A stretch of DNA of 33,330 bases, taken from positions 14,503,659-14,536,988 of the forward strand of contig NC_057751.1 of assembly GCF_004010195.1 (NCBI RefSeq), in the 5' to 3' direction. The position numbers and the translations under genes were made by a program. This document shows positions 11,620 to 22,218 of the stretch, in pieces. The notes beneath the pieces were generated by a model. That model had not been told where the DNA came from. It worked only from the letters and a program-made list of their open reading frames with translations, and did not search any database. Every line of letters starts with the position of its first letter. Position 1 is the stretch's first letter. The stretch comes from Chiloscyllium plagiosum (lineage: Eukaryota).

Positions 11620-12620
11620 GAGAGATGCACCAAAAATGATAAATGGGGTGTTGACCTTGACATTTAGAGATCTCGAAGGTATACAGGAAGGGTATAAGTC
11701 TTACAGCGACACAAAACGCCAGTGAGATCATATCTTTGAGCAGTTCTGGGCATTACACTTTCGGATATGAAGAGAGTTCAGTGTCGGTTTACCAGAATGA
11801 TAGCTGGCCTCCACGTGTTGAGAGCTGAGGAGAGATTCAACAAGTGGAAGCTGTATCCCCTCAAATTTTGAGAATGAAAGGGGGATTTGATCGGACAGGA
11901 TAAAAGGAGGGAGAAGCCATTTCAAATCTCGAACCAGAGGTCTAAAACTCTGCGTTAGACCTTTCAAGAGTGAAACTCAGATAAAATATAACACAATATA
12001 TGGTGAAAATTTGCAACTCTCTTCTGCAATCAGCGGTTAATGATAGATAACTATTCATTTTAAATCAGGGATTGTTAAATAGAGCATAGAACGTTACAGC
12101 TAGTACAGGCCCTTCAGCCCTCGATGTTGCACCAACTGGCAACATTAATCTGATGCCCATCTAATCTACACCGTTCCATTATTATCCATTTGCATGTCCA
12201 ATGCCATTTAAATGCGCTTAACGTTGGTGAGTCTACCACTGTTGCAAACTCTGGTAGAGTTCCATGCCCCTACTACTCTGAGTAAAGAAACTATCTCTGA
12301 TATCTGTCCTAAATCTATCATCCCTCAAGTTAAAGCTATGTCCTCTCATGCTAGCCATCACCATCCGTGGAAAAGGACTCTCACTATCCATCCTATCTAA
12401 CCTTCTGATTATCTTATAGACTCGATTAAGTCACCTCTCAACCTTCGTCTCTCCAACGAAAACCGCCTCAGTTCCCTCAGCCTTTTCTCATAAGACCTTC
12501 CGTAAATATTTATTGTCCGTTGGAATAAAGTCAAAGGTGGATACATGGAGTAAATTCATTGATCAACTTTGACCACATTGAATGGCAGATCAGATTCAAG
12601 GGGCTGAATGGTCCTCGCTC
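11620..12620. mobile_element. Old + strand CR1 fragment with a younger - strand CR1 3' end (about 12080-12500) inside it
   Basis: 12080-12500 matches the subfamily at 18796-19130 (gcccctactactctgagtaaagaaacta); flanks show degraded CR1 3' motifs. Confidence 0.7.
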
Positions 12621-12900
12621 TTTGGAATACAAACATTCAGTCCCGAATTTTGGAACTTGCTGTCAAAGAGTTTCCGGGATCCAAAAATAATTGACTACAT
12701 CTCCTCTTGTTTCTGGTCTCGAGGATCCAAGGGGCTTTAATGCACCTTTCGGAGTTGGAGTTAAATTTTCCCCAGTCTCCTTGTTGAGATCAGACTCTGC
12801 AATACCATCTCGCTGATACGACTGAATGTCACTAAAATGTGCTGAGGAGGAGCTGTGCAGAATGGTTGTTGGCTCAATGTGATGTTTTCATTGTTCTCAG

Positions 12901-13015
12901 TGGTTTGCTTCAGCGACGAATCACCACTCCCAACACGTACATGGACGACCCATTCGGCCAAGTGTCCGGTCAGAACGCTCTAGAAGACAGGAGCTCGGGA
13001 GCCACTCAACAGACG
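12901..13015 (+). CDS. AFAP1-family gene, exon F
   Basis: ttttcattgttctcag|T...ACG|gtaggt; 115 nt, phase 2-0; (S)GLLQRRITTPNTYMDDPFGQVSGQNALEDRSSGATQQT (cf. RRVISANPY in AFAP1). Confidence 0.87.
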
Positions 13016-13418
13016 GTAGGTCTGAAAACAAGGACGTAAGCACTTCACGAGAAAGAGGTGCTGAGATTGATCTTGCTGTGGAGAAGCAGAGGAGTGGAGG
13101 GAGTGTACTAAGATTTATAATGCGAAAGAAAAGCAAGATCAAATTTCAGGGCAAAATCTGAACTCATTCGTTTTACCAAATGTAGAATTTAGATACTGGT
13201 CTCAGTATATGTGACAGTTGAATTGTCATCGTTTCTTTAGAAGAGGAAACCTTTTGGCCTGACCCAGAGAAGTCACATCAGTTCCCCACCTTTTTAAAAG
13301 GTCCTTTGAAAGGGCCTGAGAAGCCGTTTAATTGCATCAGCTATGGGTCCACGGAGTCTAGATTAGACTGTGGTGCTGGAAAAGCGCAGCAGGTCAGGCA
13401 GCATCCGAGGAGCAGGAA

Positions 13419-13454
13419 AATCGACGTTTCGGGCAAAAGCCCTTCATCAGGAAT
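13419..13454 (-). ncRNA. Minimal type I hammerhead ribozyme motif, core intact
   Basis: Minus strand reads ATTC-CTGATGA-A-GGGC-TTTT-GCCC-GAAAC-GTC-GATT: CUGANGA box, 4-bp stem II, GAAA box, GUC triplet with palindromic ACGU. Confidence 0.72.
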
Positions 13455-13493
13455 GAAGGCAGGGAGCCTCCAGGGTGGAGACTCCCTGCCTCC

Positions 13494-13529
13494 ATTCCTG
13501 ATGAAGGGCTTTTGCCCGAAACATCGATT
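13494..13529 (+). ncRNA. Minimal hammerhead motif, variant (AUC triplet)
   Basis: ATTC-CTGATGA-A-GGGC-TTTT-GCCC-GAAAC-ATC-GATT; the G-to-A change breaks the ACGU palindrome of stem III. Confidence 0.6.
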
Positions 13530-14128
13530 TTCCTGCTCCTCGGATGCTGCTTGACCTGCTGCGCTTTTCCAGCACCACTCTGATCTAAACTCTGATTTCC
13601 AGCATCTGCCCGATGGGTCTACGGATTGCCAGTGCATCTCACATTGCAAGAATTAATTGTTCAGAAAGAACTTTCTTGTACATTTTTTGCTGGAAACACA
13701 CTTGGCGATCATGGACAAGACACTTGCTACACAGCACTTGAACCACCTGAGTTTTTACCACCTTGCAGTACCTCTGTGTCCTCCATCTTGTTCCCGCGCA
13801 TTCCTAACACCTAATCCATCACGTTTAAGGTGGAGCCATTCTGTGGTTGAACAGAAACAGCAATAGCGATAATAGGTTGGTGCAGTTGCGTTACTCACTG
13901 GTACAGCGTTCCAATTTAAGGAACTTGATATAGTTTTCCGAACACGCAACTCTGGACCATTCCTGGTCTGTTGTTCCCAGATTTGAGGTGAGCTCAGTTG
14001 AGATTAAGCGAGGTCTCGTCTCCCTTGACGACTGAGAATGAGCTCACTGCATTGCCGGGCCTGATCCTCAGTAAAGAGCAGCAGATCAGAGATGAGGGCC
14101 ATTCTTTCCATCTGTTTGTTTCCTGCAG

Positions 14129-14246
14129 AGGGTCAACTGGCCAAGCCGTGAAGTGGTGAACAGAGAAGGCGCAACATTTCAAGACAGGGAACATTGCAGC
14201 AGTACAAACAACAATAATCCGGCAAGATATAGCACCCTGCCAAGTG
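14129..14246 (+). CDS. AFAP1-family gene, exon G
   Basis: tctgtttgtttcctgcag|AGG...AGTG|gtaagt; 118 nt, phase 0-1, no stop; RVNWPSREVVNREGATFQDREHCSSTNNNNPARYSTLPS. Supported by strong splice sites and phase fit; homology is weak. Confidence 0.78.
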
Positions 14247-14798
14247 GTAAGTGTTGGCTGGGCATTCTGTTTAGCTCCTCCCTTCAACTATCCTGTCCCA
14301 TGTCTTGCTGAGGTCAATCTGAAAACAATCAACATTCCATATATCAGTAGGGAGGATGGTAACATTGTGGTTGTAACTGGCAATACAGAGGCCTGGACTA
14401 AAACACCGGGGGTTAAAATCACACCCAACAGCTAGAGGAATTCCAATTCAGTTAATGAATCCCAATAAAATGCTCGTCCATTAATAACACAGAGGTCACT
14501 AAACCAGGCAGGAAAGAGATGTGATAAACTGATCTTCAGCGATGAAATCTGCTCTTGAAGCATGTTAGTCCAAGTAAAGAGTGTTTTGAACTGGGAGGTC
14601 ACCCTTTGCGATAGTATTACTGTTGAACCTATTGAGGGACAAGATTATAATCTCTCAGGCGCAGAAAATGTCAGCTAATTAACTCATTTGTGAGCTTCTC
14701 TGTGAGAACTTTTAACACGAGCTGATGCAAGGATGAGAACGTGTACTCGAGGTGGAGGGGTTCATTACTCTAACTACTCTGGAACTTTCAATACATTA

Positions 14799-15083
14799 TG
14801 GGTGGCACGGTGGCTCAGCAGTTAGCACTGCCGCCTCACAGTACTAGGGCCCCAGGTTCGATTCCAGCCTCGGGCGACTGTCTGTGTGGAGTTTGCACCT
14901 TCTCCCCGTGTTCTGCGTGGGTTTCCTCCCACAGTCTAAAGATGTGCAGGTTAGGTGAATTGGCCATGCTAAATTGCCCAGAGTGCTAGGTGCATTAGTC
15001 AGAGGGAAATGGGTGTGGGTGGGTTACTCTTCGGAGGGTCGGGTTGGGCCGAAGGGCCTGTTTCCACACTGAAGGGAATCTAG
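14799..15083 (+). mobile_element. HE1-type V-SINE
   Basis: ggtggcacggtggctcagcagttagcactg...ggttcgattcc...gggccgaagggcctgtttccacactg. Confidence 0.9.
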
Positions 15084-15387
15084 TCAAGTTTTAAATAAAG
15101 TTAGATATCTCTGATAAACTTCTTTTTCTCTACTGAGGTTATTTGCTGAGGTGTAGTTTTTCATGAAAAGGCAACAGACCAAAATTGAATTATCAAAATG
15201 GAATTTTCTGCACAGACAATAAAGTGGAAGCAAAGACAAACTTCATATTGTTGTAAAAACCCATCTGATTCATTCGTGTCCTTCAGTGAAGGAAATTTTC
15301 AGTCCCTACCTGACCTCGCCGATACGTAACTCCAAATCTACAGCAATGCGGTTACTGTTAATTGTCCTCCGAAATGGAGCACCCAGT

Positions 15388-16065
15388 TATAGAGCATTTA
15401 GCATGGAAGCAGACCCTTTAGTCTAACTCATCCACACTGACCAGACATCCCATTCTGATCTAGTCCCATTTGTCAGCTTTTGACCCATATCCCTCTAAAC
15501 CCTCTATTTCATTAACCCATCAAGATGCCTTTTAAATGTTGTAATTATGCCAGCTTCCACCACTTCCTGTGGCAGCTCAATCCATACGAGCACCGCTCTC
15601 TTCATGAAAATGTTATTCCTTTTTAAATCTTTCCCCTCTCACTTTGGGGTGATACTTTTGACCCATATCCCTCTAAACCCTCTGTTTCATTAACCCATCA
15701 AGATGCCTTTTAAATGTTGTAATTATGCCAGCTTCCACCACTTCCTGTGGCAGCTCAATCCATACGAGCACCGCTCTCTTCATGAAAATGTTATTCCTTT
15801 TTAAATCTTTCCCCTCTCACTTTGGGGTGATATCTTCTTGTTTTGGACTCCCCCACCCTATGAAAACGACCCTGGCTATTCACCCTAACTCTGCCCCTCA
15901 CGATTTTATAAACCTCTATAAGGTCACCCCCTCAGCCTCTGATGCTCCAGGGAAAACAGCCCCAGCCTATTCAGCCTCTCCCTCTGGCTCAAACCCTCCA
16001 AAGCTGTCAACATTCTCGTAAATCCTTTCCGCACCCTCTTAAGTTTCACAACACTCTTTCCTGGA
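15388..16065 (-). mobile_element. CR1/HER1 3' end with internal 178-bp tandem duplication
   Basis: Homologous to 4430-4950; 15477-15654 is repeated at 15655-15832. Confidence 0.85.
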
Positions 16066-16304
16066 GAAGTTGAATCACAGGAAAATTCACCATGGGTGTA
16101 TCCATGTCACGTGACTGAAGCAGGTCAACCCACCAGCGTCTTCTCCAGGCTCATTCGCAACTGGCGATAATTGCTGGCCTTGTCAGCGACGCTCGCATTC
16201 TCTGAATGAACAAAGCTGGGACTGGGCGAAACTGAATTGCAGGCACAAAGCCAGAAGCAGTGACCTATCTGTGTGACGCTTTGATGAGCATTGCTGGTCG
16301 GAAC

Positions 16305-16670
16305 ATTTTTTTAAAAATTTGTTCCCTCATGGGACTTGGCTGTTGCTGACAGAGCCCGTGCGTGTGAGTTGCCCCTTTGGGAAGATGGTGGTCAGTTGAC
16401 AGTGCAGTCCCCATAGGTAGATCCCCCCCCCCCCCCCCCACCAATGTCGTTAGGAAGGGAAATCCAGGATTTTGGCCCAGTGTCAGTGAACAGACGGTGA
16501 TATACATGGCTTGGAGGGGAACCTGCAGTTCCCATGTATCTGCTGCCCTTGTCGTTCTGGATTGAAGGGGCCCTGGGTTTGGAAGATGCTATTTCAAGAT
16601 CTTGGGCAACTTTCTGCATTGCGTTTGAGAGGTGGTATTCAACTGCTGCTCCTGAGCAGAGTAGATGCTT
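16305..16670 (-). mobile_element. 3' end of a different non-LTR element (CR1/L2 group) whose tail resembles the second SINE family
   Basis: T-run then ttccctcatgggacttggctgttgctgacagagcc, similar to the SINE tail at 16680-16730; body aggaagggaaatccaggattttggcccag...gcttggaggggaacctgcag. Confidence 0.55.
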
Positions 16671-16674
16671 CACG

Positions 16675-16975
16675 TTTTTCTCTTCATTCACGGGAAGAGG
16701 GAGTCACTGGCTAGGCCAACATTATTGCTTGTCCCTAATTGCCCAGAGGGCAGTTTAAGAGTCACCCACATTGATCGTGGGTCTGACTCAGATGTAGACT
16801 GGACCAGATGCTTATCTTCCGAAGGGACATCATTGAACCAGATGGGGTTTTTTCTGACAAGTGACAATGGGTTCTTGGTCGTCATTAAATTCTTAATTCC
16901 AGATTCAAATTCCACCATCGTGGGATCCAAACCCAAGTTCCCCAGGACATTGAAGATCTCAACCCCTGGGAGGGG
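16675..16975 (-). mobile_element. tRNA-derived SINE, second family
   Basis: Reverse complement of 622-980 (ttgcccagagggcagtt...ttcttaattccagatt...aaattccaccatc). Confidence 0.72.
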
Positions 16976-17860
16976 TCTCTCGGTTCCCTGATCGGTCAAT
17001 TAAGCAACAGAACTATGGTCTGCTTCAGCAAGATTTCACACTTTAATTAGTAACGGCTGGGCACAGGTTTGTCCAGCAACACAGAGGTTAAAAGCTTCTG
17101 TGTTCCTTGGAGAAACTGCGCAATTCCCTTGGAACAAAGGCAACTTTTGTCTGTTTCTTCTGAAATAGTACAGCCTTAATTGCAGAGTAAATCCAATAAA
17201 ATGACATTATGGACAGCAGGTTAACCCAATGATATTTCCTGGGAAACAACATTATCTCTTCACACCTGCATTTCAAGGTGAGCTGGGACGGTTCGTAACG
17301 TCCTATCGAGCTTTGTTAATTCCATACTGTGAAGGGTCCATTGTTCTGCTTTATCTTTGATTCAGTTAGCTCAGCAAGGCAGGAATACAGCTTTCAGCAG
17401 GGTGAGAAGCCATTTTAAACACAGTGTTAACATGCAGCCTGAAGCCATTTTATTATGTTACTTGCACTGAGACGCCATTTTGTCGTCAGCAAAAGCATGC
17501 ATTAAATGATTGCTCCTGACAACAGCCTAAATCAAGATTTTAGATCCTCAACATTACGCTGGGTTTCTGGATTAATAGTCTAATGATAATACCATCGCCT
17601 CCCTCCAGTTACTGTGGGCCCATGAAATGAAGAAGTAGGCACCGATAAAAGTTTCCTTTCTGGCAACACCTCAAGTTGTTGTCGCTACTCAATGCAGGTA
17701 TTTTCAATTCCCACTTGTGTCACCCAGATGAATGTGCGGATGGAACACACTTGTAGCTGGGCAGTGATTTATTCAGTCTGAAAAGGATGATGGAGAGGTG
17801 AAACAGCAAGGGACTCTGCTGGATGAAATACTTGCAATTTCTGTGTTGTTTCCCCGATAG

Positions 17861-17998
17861 TGTTTCGTGAAACCAACTTTTTAAAATCTTGGAGCGACTT
17901 TGAAATCAAAACATGCGGAGCTGAAAAGGAGCCTTTCAGAAATCAAGCGACGCAGACAGACAAGAAGGATTTCAAAGAGGCAATGGATATCCTGTCTG
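17861..17998 (+). CDS. AFAP1-family gene, exon H (start of coiled-coil region)
   Basis: tgtgttgtttccccgatag|TG...TCTG|gtaagc; 138 nt, phase 1-1; only the phase-1 frame is open: VFRETNFLKSWSDFEIKTCGAEKEPFRNQATQTDKKDFKEAMDILS (end resembles ERKDLRAAIEVNAG in AFAP1). Confidence 0.82.
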
Positions 17999-18109
17999 GT
18001 AAGCAGAGACCATAATGTCTGCCGCAAGGGCTTGTGTGATTTGTCACTGTGCTGACCAACTCCGTCACATTTGGTGATGGAGGCAGTAAACAGATAAGAT
18101 AAATGTGTA

Positions 18110-18640
18110 AGTCATGTTCAAAGCGAGTGCAGGTTAGAGACAGCAGTTCCGGTCACCACATTATGGGAAGGAAGGGATTGCATGGAGAGGGGTGAGAGGA
18201 GATTTACCAGGATGCTGTCTGGATTGGTTTGTCCGGCAATGAGCAAAGGTTGGATAAGCAAGCGTCGCAGAAGCGAACTTTCAGAGGGAACCTGTTTGAG
18301 ATGTAGAGGATAATGAGGGATATGGATAGAGTGGACAGAAAGCAATATTTTCTATGGATAGGAGGAGTCAGTGAACGGGGCATAGATTAAAGGCTAAGAG
18401 GAGAGTTGAGAAGGAAAATGTCTGTCACTCAGAGTGATTGCAGTCTGGAATTTGTTGCCTGAAAGAGTGGTTGATTCAGAAACTCTCCTAACATTTAAGC
18501 AGGATTTAGATATTCAATTGCATTGCCGTAGCCTCCCAGGCCATTCCCATTCGAGGTATTCCAGTAGTTCCTTCTTTATTGACGAACATGGAATCAAACG
18601 GACTGAATGGCTTCTCCCTGTGCTGGAGCCGTCTATGATT
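18110..18640 (+). mobile_element. Highly degraded CR1 3' fragment
   Basis: gagatttaccaggatgctgtctgga; peptide AVWNLLPERVVDSETLLTFKQDLD. Confidence 0.65.
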
Positions 18641-18795
18641 AAAATGCTCATGGTAATTTCCTAATTGATTACAGAACTCATTTTGGAAGCCTTGTGTCCC
18701 AGCAGCAATATGAACAATTTGCATTTTTATCGGATTTTTAACCTGGGCAAGCACCCCGAAATGTTACTTCGGAGCCACATCAAGGACCTGTGAAA

Positions 18796-20873
18796 CTAAT
18801 CTGATGCCCATCTAACCTACACCGTTCTGTTATTTTCCATATGTATGTCCAATGCCCATTTAAATGCCCTTAACGTCGGTGAGTCTACTAATGTTGCAGG
18901 CAGGCCATTCCACGCCCCTACTACTCTCTGAGTAAAGAAACTACCCCTGTTATCTGTCTTAAAACTGTGTCCCCTCACATTAGCCTTCACCATCTGAGGA
19001 AAAAGGCTCTCACTGACCACTCTATTTCACCCTCTGGTTATCGTACACGTCTCGATTAAGTCACCTCTCAACCTTCTTCTCTCCAATGAAAACAGCCTCG
19101 GTTCCCTCAGCATTCCCTCATAAGACCTTCTTTCCATACCAGGCAACATCCTAGTAAATCTCCTCTGAACCCTTTCCAAAGCTTCCACATCCTTCCTATA
19201 ATGCGGTGTCCAGAACTCCACGCAATACTCCAGGTGCGGCCTTACCAGTGTCTTGTACAGCTGAAGCATGACCTCATGGCTCTGAAACTCAATCCCTCTA
19301 CCAATAAATGCCAACACACCATATGTATTCTTAACAACCCTATCAACCTGGGTGGCAACTTTCAGGGATTTATGCACCTGGACACTGAGATCTCTCTTTT
19401 CATCTACACTGGCAAGAATTTTACCATTAGCCCAGTATTCTGCATTCCTGTTACTTCTTCAGAAGTGAACTACCTCACAGTTTTCCGCATTAAACTCCAT
19501 TTGTGACTTCTCAGCCCAGCTCTGCATCTTATCGATGTCCCTCTGTAACCCACAACATCCTTCAGCACTATCCACAATGCTGCCTACCTTAATGTCAACC
19601 GCAAATTTACTAACCCATTCTGGATGCCCGCATCCAGGTTATGTATAAAAATGACAAACAGCAAGGGCCCCAAAACAGATCCCAGTGGCACACCACTGGT
19701 AAGTGAGCTCCAGGGTGAACATTTCCCATCAACCACCACCCTCTGTCTTCTTTCAGCTCGCCAATTTCCGATGCAAACCACTAAATCAGCTTCAATCCCG
19801 AAACTCCGTATTTTGTGCAAATGCCTACCATATTGAATCTTATCAAATGCCTTACTGAAGTCCATATACACCACATCAACCACCTTACCTTCATCCACCT
19901 GTTTTGTCACCTTCTCGAAGAACTCACGAAGCTCAGTTAGGCACGACCTACCCTTCGCAAAACTGTGTTGACCATCCATAATCAAATTATTCCTTTCCAG
20001 ATGATTATAAATTCTATCTCTTATATCCTTTTCCAATATCTTACCCACAACCAAAGTAAAAGTCACTGGCGTATAATTAGCAGGGTTGTCCCGACTCCCT
20101 TCCTTAAACAAGGGAACAATATTTGCTATCCTTCAGTCTTCTGGCACTATTCCTGTCAATAATGATGACATAAAGATCAAAGCCAAAGGCTCTGCAATCT
20201 AGATCCCAGTGGCACACCACTGGTAAGTGAGCTCCAGGGTGAACATTTCCCATCAACCACCACCCTCTGTCTTCTTTCAGCTCGCCAATTTCCGATGCAA
20301 ACCACTAAATCAGCTTCAATCCCGAAACTCTGTATTTTGTGCAAATGCCTTCCATATTGAACCTTATCAAATGCCTTACTGAAGTCCATATACACCACAT
20401 CAACCACCTTACCTTCATCCACCTGTTTTGTCACCTTCTCGAAGAACGCACGAAGCTCAGTTAGGCACGACCTACCCTTCGCAAAACTGTGTTGACCATC
20501 CCTAATCAAATTATTCCTTTCCAGATGATTATAAATTCTATCTCTTATATCCTTTTCCAACATCTTACCCACAACCAAAGTAAAAGTCACTGGCCTATAA
20601 ATAGCAGGGTTGTCCCGACTCCCTTCCTTAAACAAGGGAACAATATTTGCTATCCTTCAGTCTGCTGGCACTATTCCCGTAGACAATGATGACATAAAGA
20701 TCAAAGCCAAAGGCTCTGCAATCTCCTCCCTGGCTTCCCAGAGAATCCAAGGATAAATTCCATCTGGCCCAGGGGTCTTATTTATTTTCAGATCTTCTAA
20801 AATTGCTAAAACCTCCTCTTTGTCAACAGCAATCCCATCTAATCTAGTAGCCTGTATCTCCATATTCTCCATA
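18796..20873 (-). mobile_element. CR1-type LINE, RT region, with 524-bp tandem duplication
   Basis: Minus-strand peptides [60 protein letters not shown]. Confidence 0.92.
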
Positions 20874-20998
20874 AACAGAGCAAATAAAATCATGGATATG
20901 GGAAGAAGCAAGGATTCAAGGGAATCTGGAGATTGTTGAAGGTTGGTTGGGGATGGAGGGGATGACAGAGATAGGGAGATTTGAAAGCAAGAATGGAA

Positions 20999-21504
20999 AG
21001 CAAGAATATACAGACAATGAGCAAAACTAACGTCATTTAGAAAATACCGTGCAAGGACTGTAAAAAACACTACATTGGGCAAACAGGTAGAAAACTAGCC
21101 AACAACTTACATAAACAGCAACCAGCCACAAAAAGACATGACCCTCTCTCACTAGTATCCTCACATACGGATGAGGAAGGACACCACTTCGACTGGGACA
21201 ACACATCCGTCCTACGACAAGCCCAACAAAGACACGCACAGGAATTCCTAGAAGCTTGGCATTCCAACTGGAACTCTATCACCAAACACATCGAGTTAGA
21301 CCCCCATCTACCACCCCCTGAGAAAAGCAACAGAAAGTGACTTCACAACAGGAAATGACATCACCAACCCAAATAAACCCAAACATATAAATAGTAAGCA
21401 GGAATTTTCAGCATTGCTTCACAGAGGCCCACTGAAGATGTTACCTAGTGAGGTAACGAAACGCCTGGAAATGAACCTCCAAGCTCAGCGAGCAAACCTA
21501 CAGC
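20999..21504 (+). mobile_element. 5'-truncated Penelope-like (Poseidon-type) element: GIY-YIG pseudogene plus pLTR
   Basis: SKTNVI*KIPCKDCKKHYIGQTGRKLA...HFDWDNT...EFLEAWHS; hammerhead motif at 21429-21468; flanked by caagaatggaa (20988-20998, 21505-21515). Confidence 0.85.
21429..21468 (+). ncRNA. Hammerhead motif in Poseidon pLTR, cleavage triplet mutated
   Basis: CCA-CTGAAGA-T-GTTACCT-AGTG-AGGTAAC-GAAAC-GCC-TGG: stem I CCA/TGG, 7-bp stem II, GCC in place of GUC. Confidence 0.65.
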
Positions 21505-21921
21505 CAAGAATGGAATTTTACAAAATGAGCCATTGCTTATAAGAAACGAATATAAGTCAGGGACAGGGTGGGCAATCAATCCTGCCTTTGCCAGTGATGC
21601 TCACATCCCACAAAAGCTTACATTTTGAAAAATGTAGGAGAGACTCGATGCCAGTTTGGGTACAAACAACAGAGTTTTTGGGCGAGCTCAAGTTCACGGA
21701 AGATGGAAACTGGGAGGGAATCTGTTGGAATAGTCAAAGGTCGAGGGAACAAAGGCAGGGCTCAGGGCTCAGGTGAGATCAAGAGGGGGCAGTTGGCTGA
21801 AGTCACCGAGGTCGAAATAGGATGGTCTTGGGTTAGAGGCTCAAGCACATTTCAGGGTTAGGTACAACATCAAACATAGAGAATGGTCTCAGCTCAGTTT
21901 CCAGGGAAAGGGACAAAACTA

Positions 21922-22218
21922 AGATTAGATTAGATTCCCAACAGGCCCTTTGGCCCAACAAGTCCACACCAACCCTCCAAAGAGTAACCCACCCAGACCT
22001 ACTTCCCTCTGACTAATGCACCTAACACTACGGTCATCTAACCTCTAACCTGCACATCTTTGGACTGTGGGAGGAAACTGGAGCACACGGAGGAAACCCA
22101 CGCAGACACGGCGAGAATGTGCTAACTCCACACACAGACAGTCGCCCAAGGCTGGAATCGAACGTGGGTCCCTGGTGCTGTGAGGCTGTAGGGCTAACCA
22201 CTGAACCACTGTGCCACC
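21922..22218 (-). mobile_element. HE1-type V-SINE
   Basis: (agatt)3 tail, V-domain and tRNA head in reverse. Confidence 0.9.

Larger units (their letters stand above)
13354..13610. mobile_element. Fold-back non-autonomous Penelope (Neptune-type) pLTR element with two opposed hammerhead motifs
   Basis: Inverted arms 13354-13472 / 13476-13592 around a 3-nt loop; flanking direct repeat atgggtccacgga (13343-13355) / atgggtctacgga (13613-13625); arms match the termini of the RT/GIY-YIG element at 24155-25991. Confidence 0.88.
20920..21920 (-). mobile_element. Old L2-like LINE remnant hosting the Penelope insertion
   Basis: gggagatttgaaagcaagaatggaattttacaaaatgag...agagtttttgggcgagctcaagttcacgga...gttggaatagtcaa resembles a recalled L2 3' region; probable tail at about 18715-18795. 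Confidence 0.5.

Noticed and set aside
13354..13592. Class II MITE or pre-miRNA
   Set aside because: The arms are Penelope pLTR sequence with hammerhead boxes, the right end extends beyond the inverted repeat, and the stem is far longer than a miRNA precursor.
14799..14870. tRNA genes at SINE heads (also near 2000, 26407, 28602, 622)
   Set aside because: The A/B boxes run straight into SINE bodies, with no complete cloverleaf.
17169..17277. Possible extra exon ending at AAG|gtgagc
   Set aside because: Both nearby acceptors give an immediate stop in the required phase.
17885..17998. Alternative frame of exon H (LKSKHAELKRSLSEIKRRRQ) that looks coiled-coil-like
   Set aside because: It has a TAA shortly after the acceptor and is incompatible with the phases of exons G and I.
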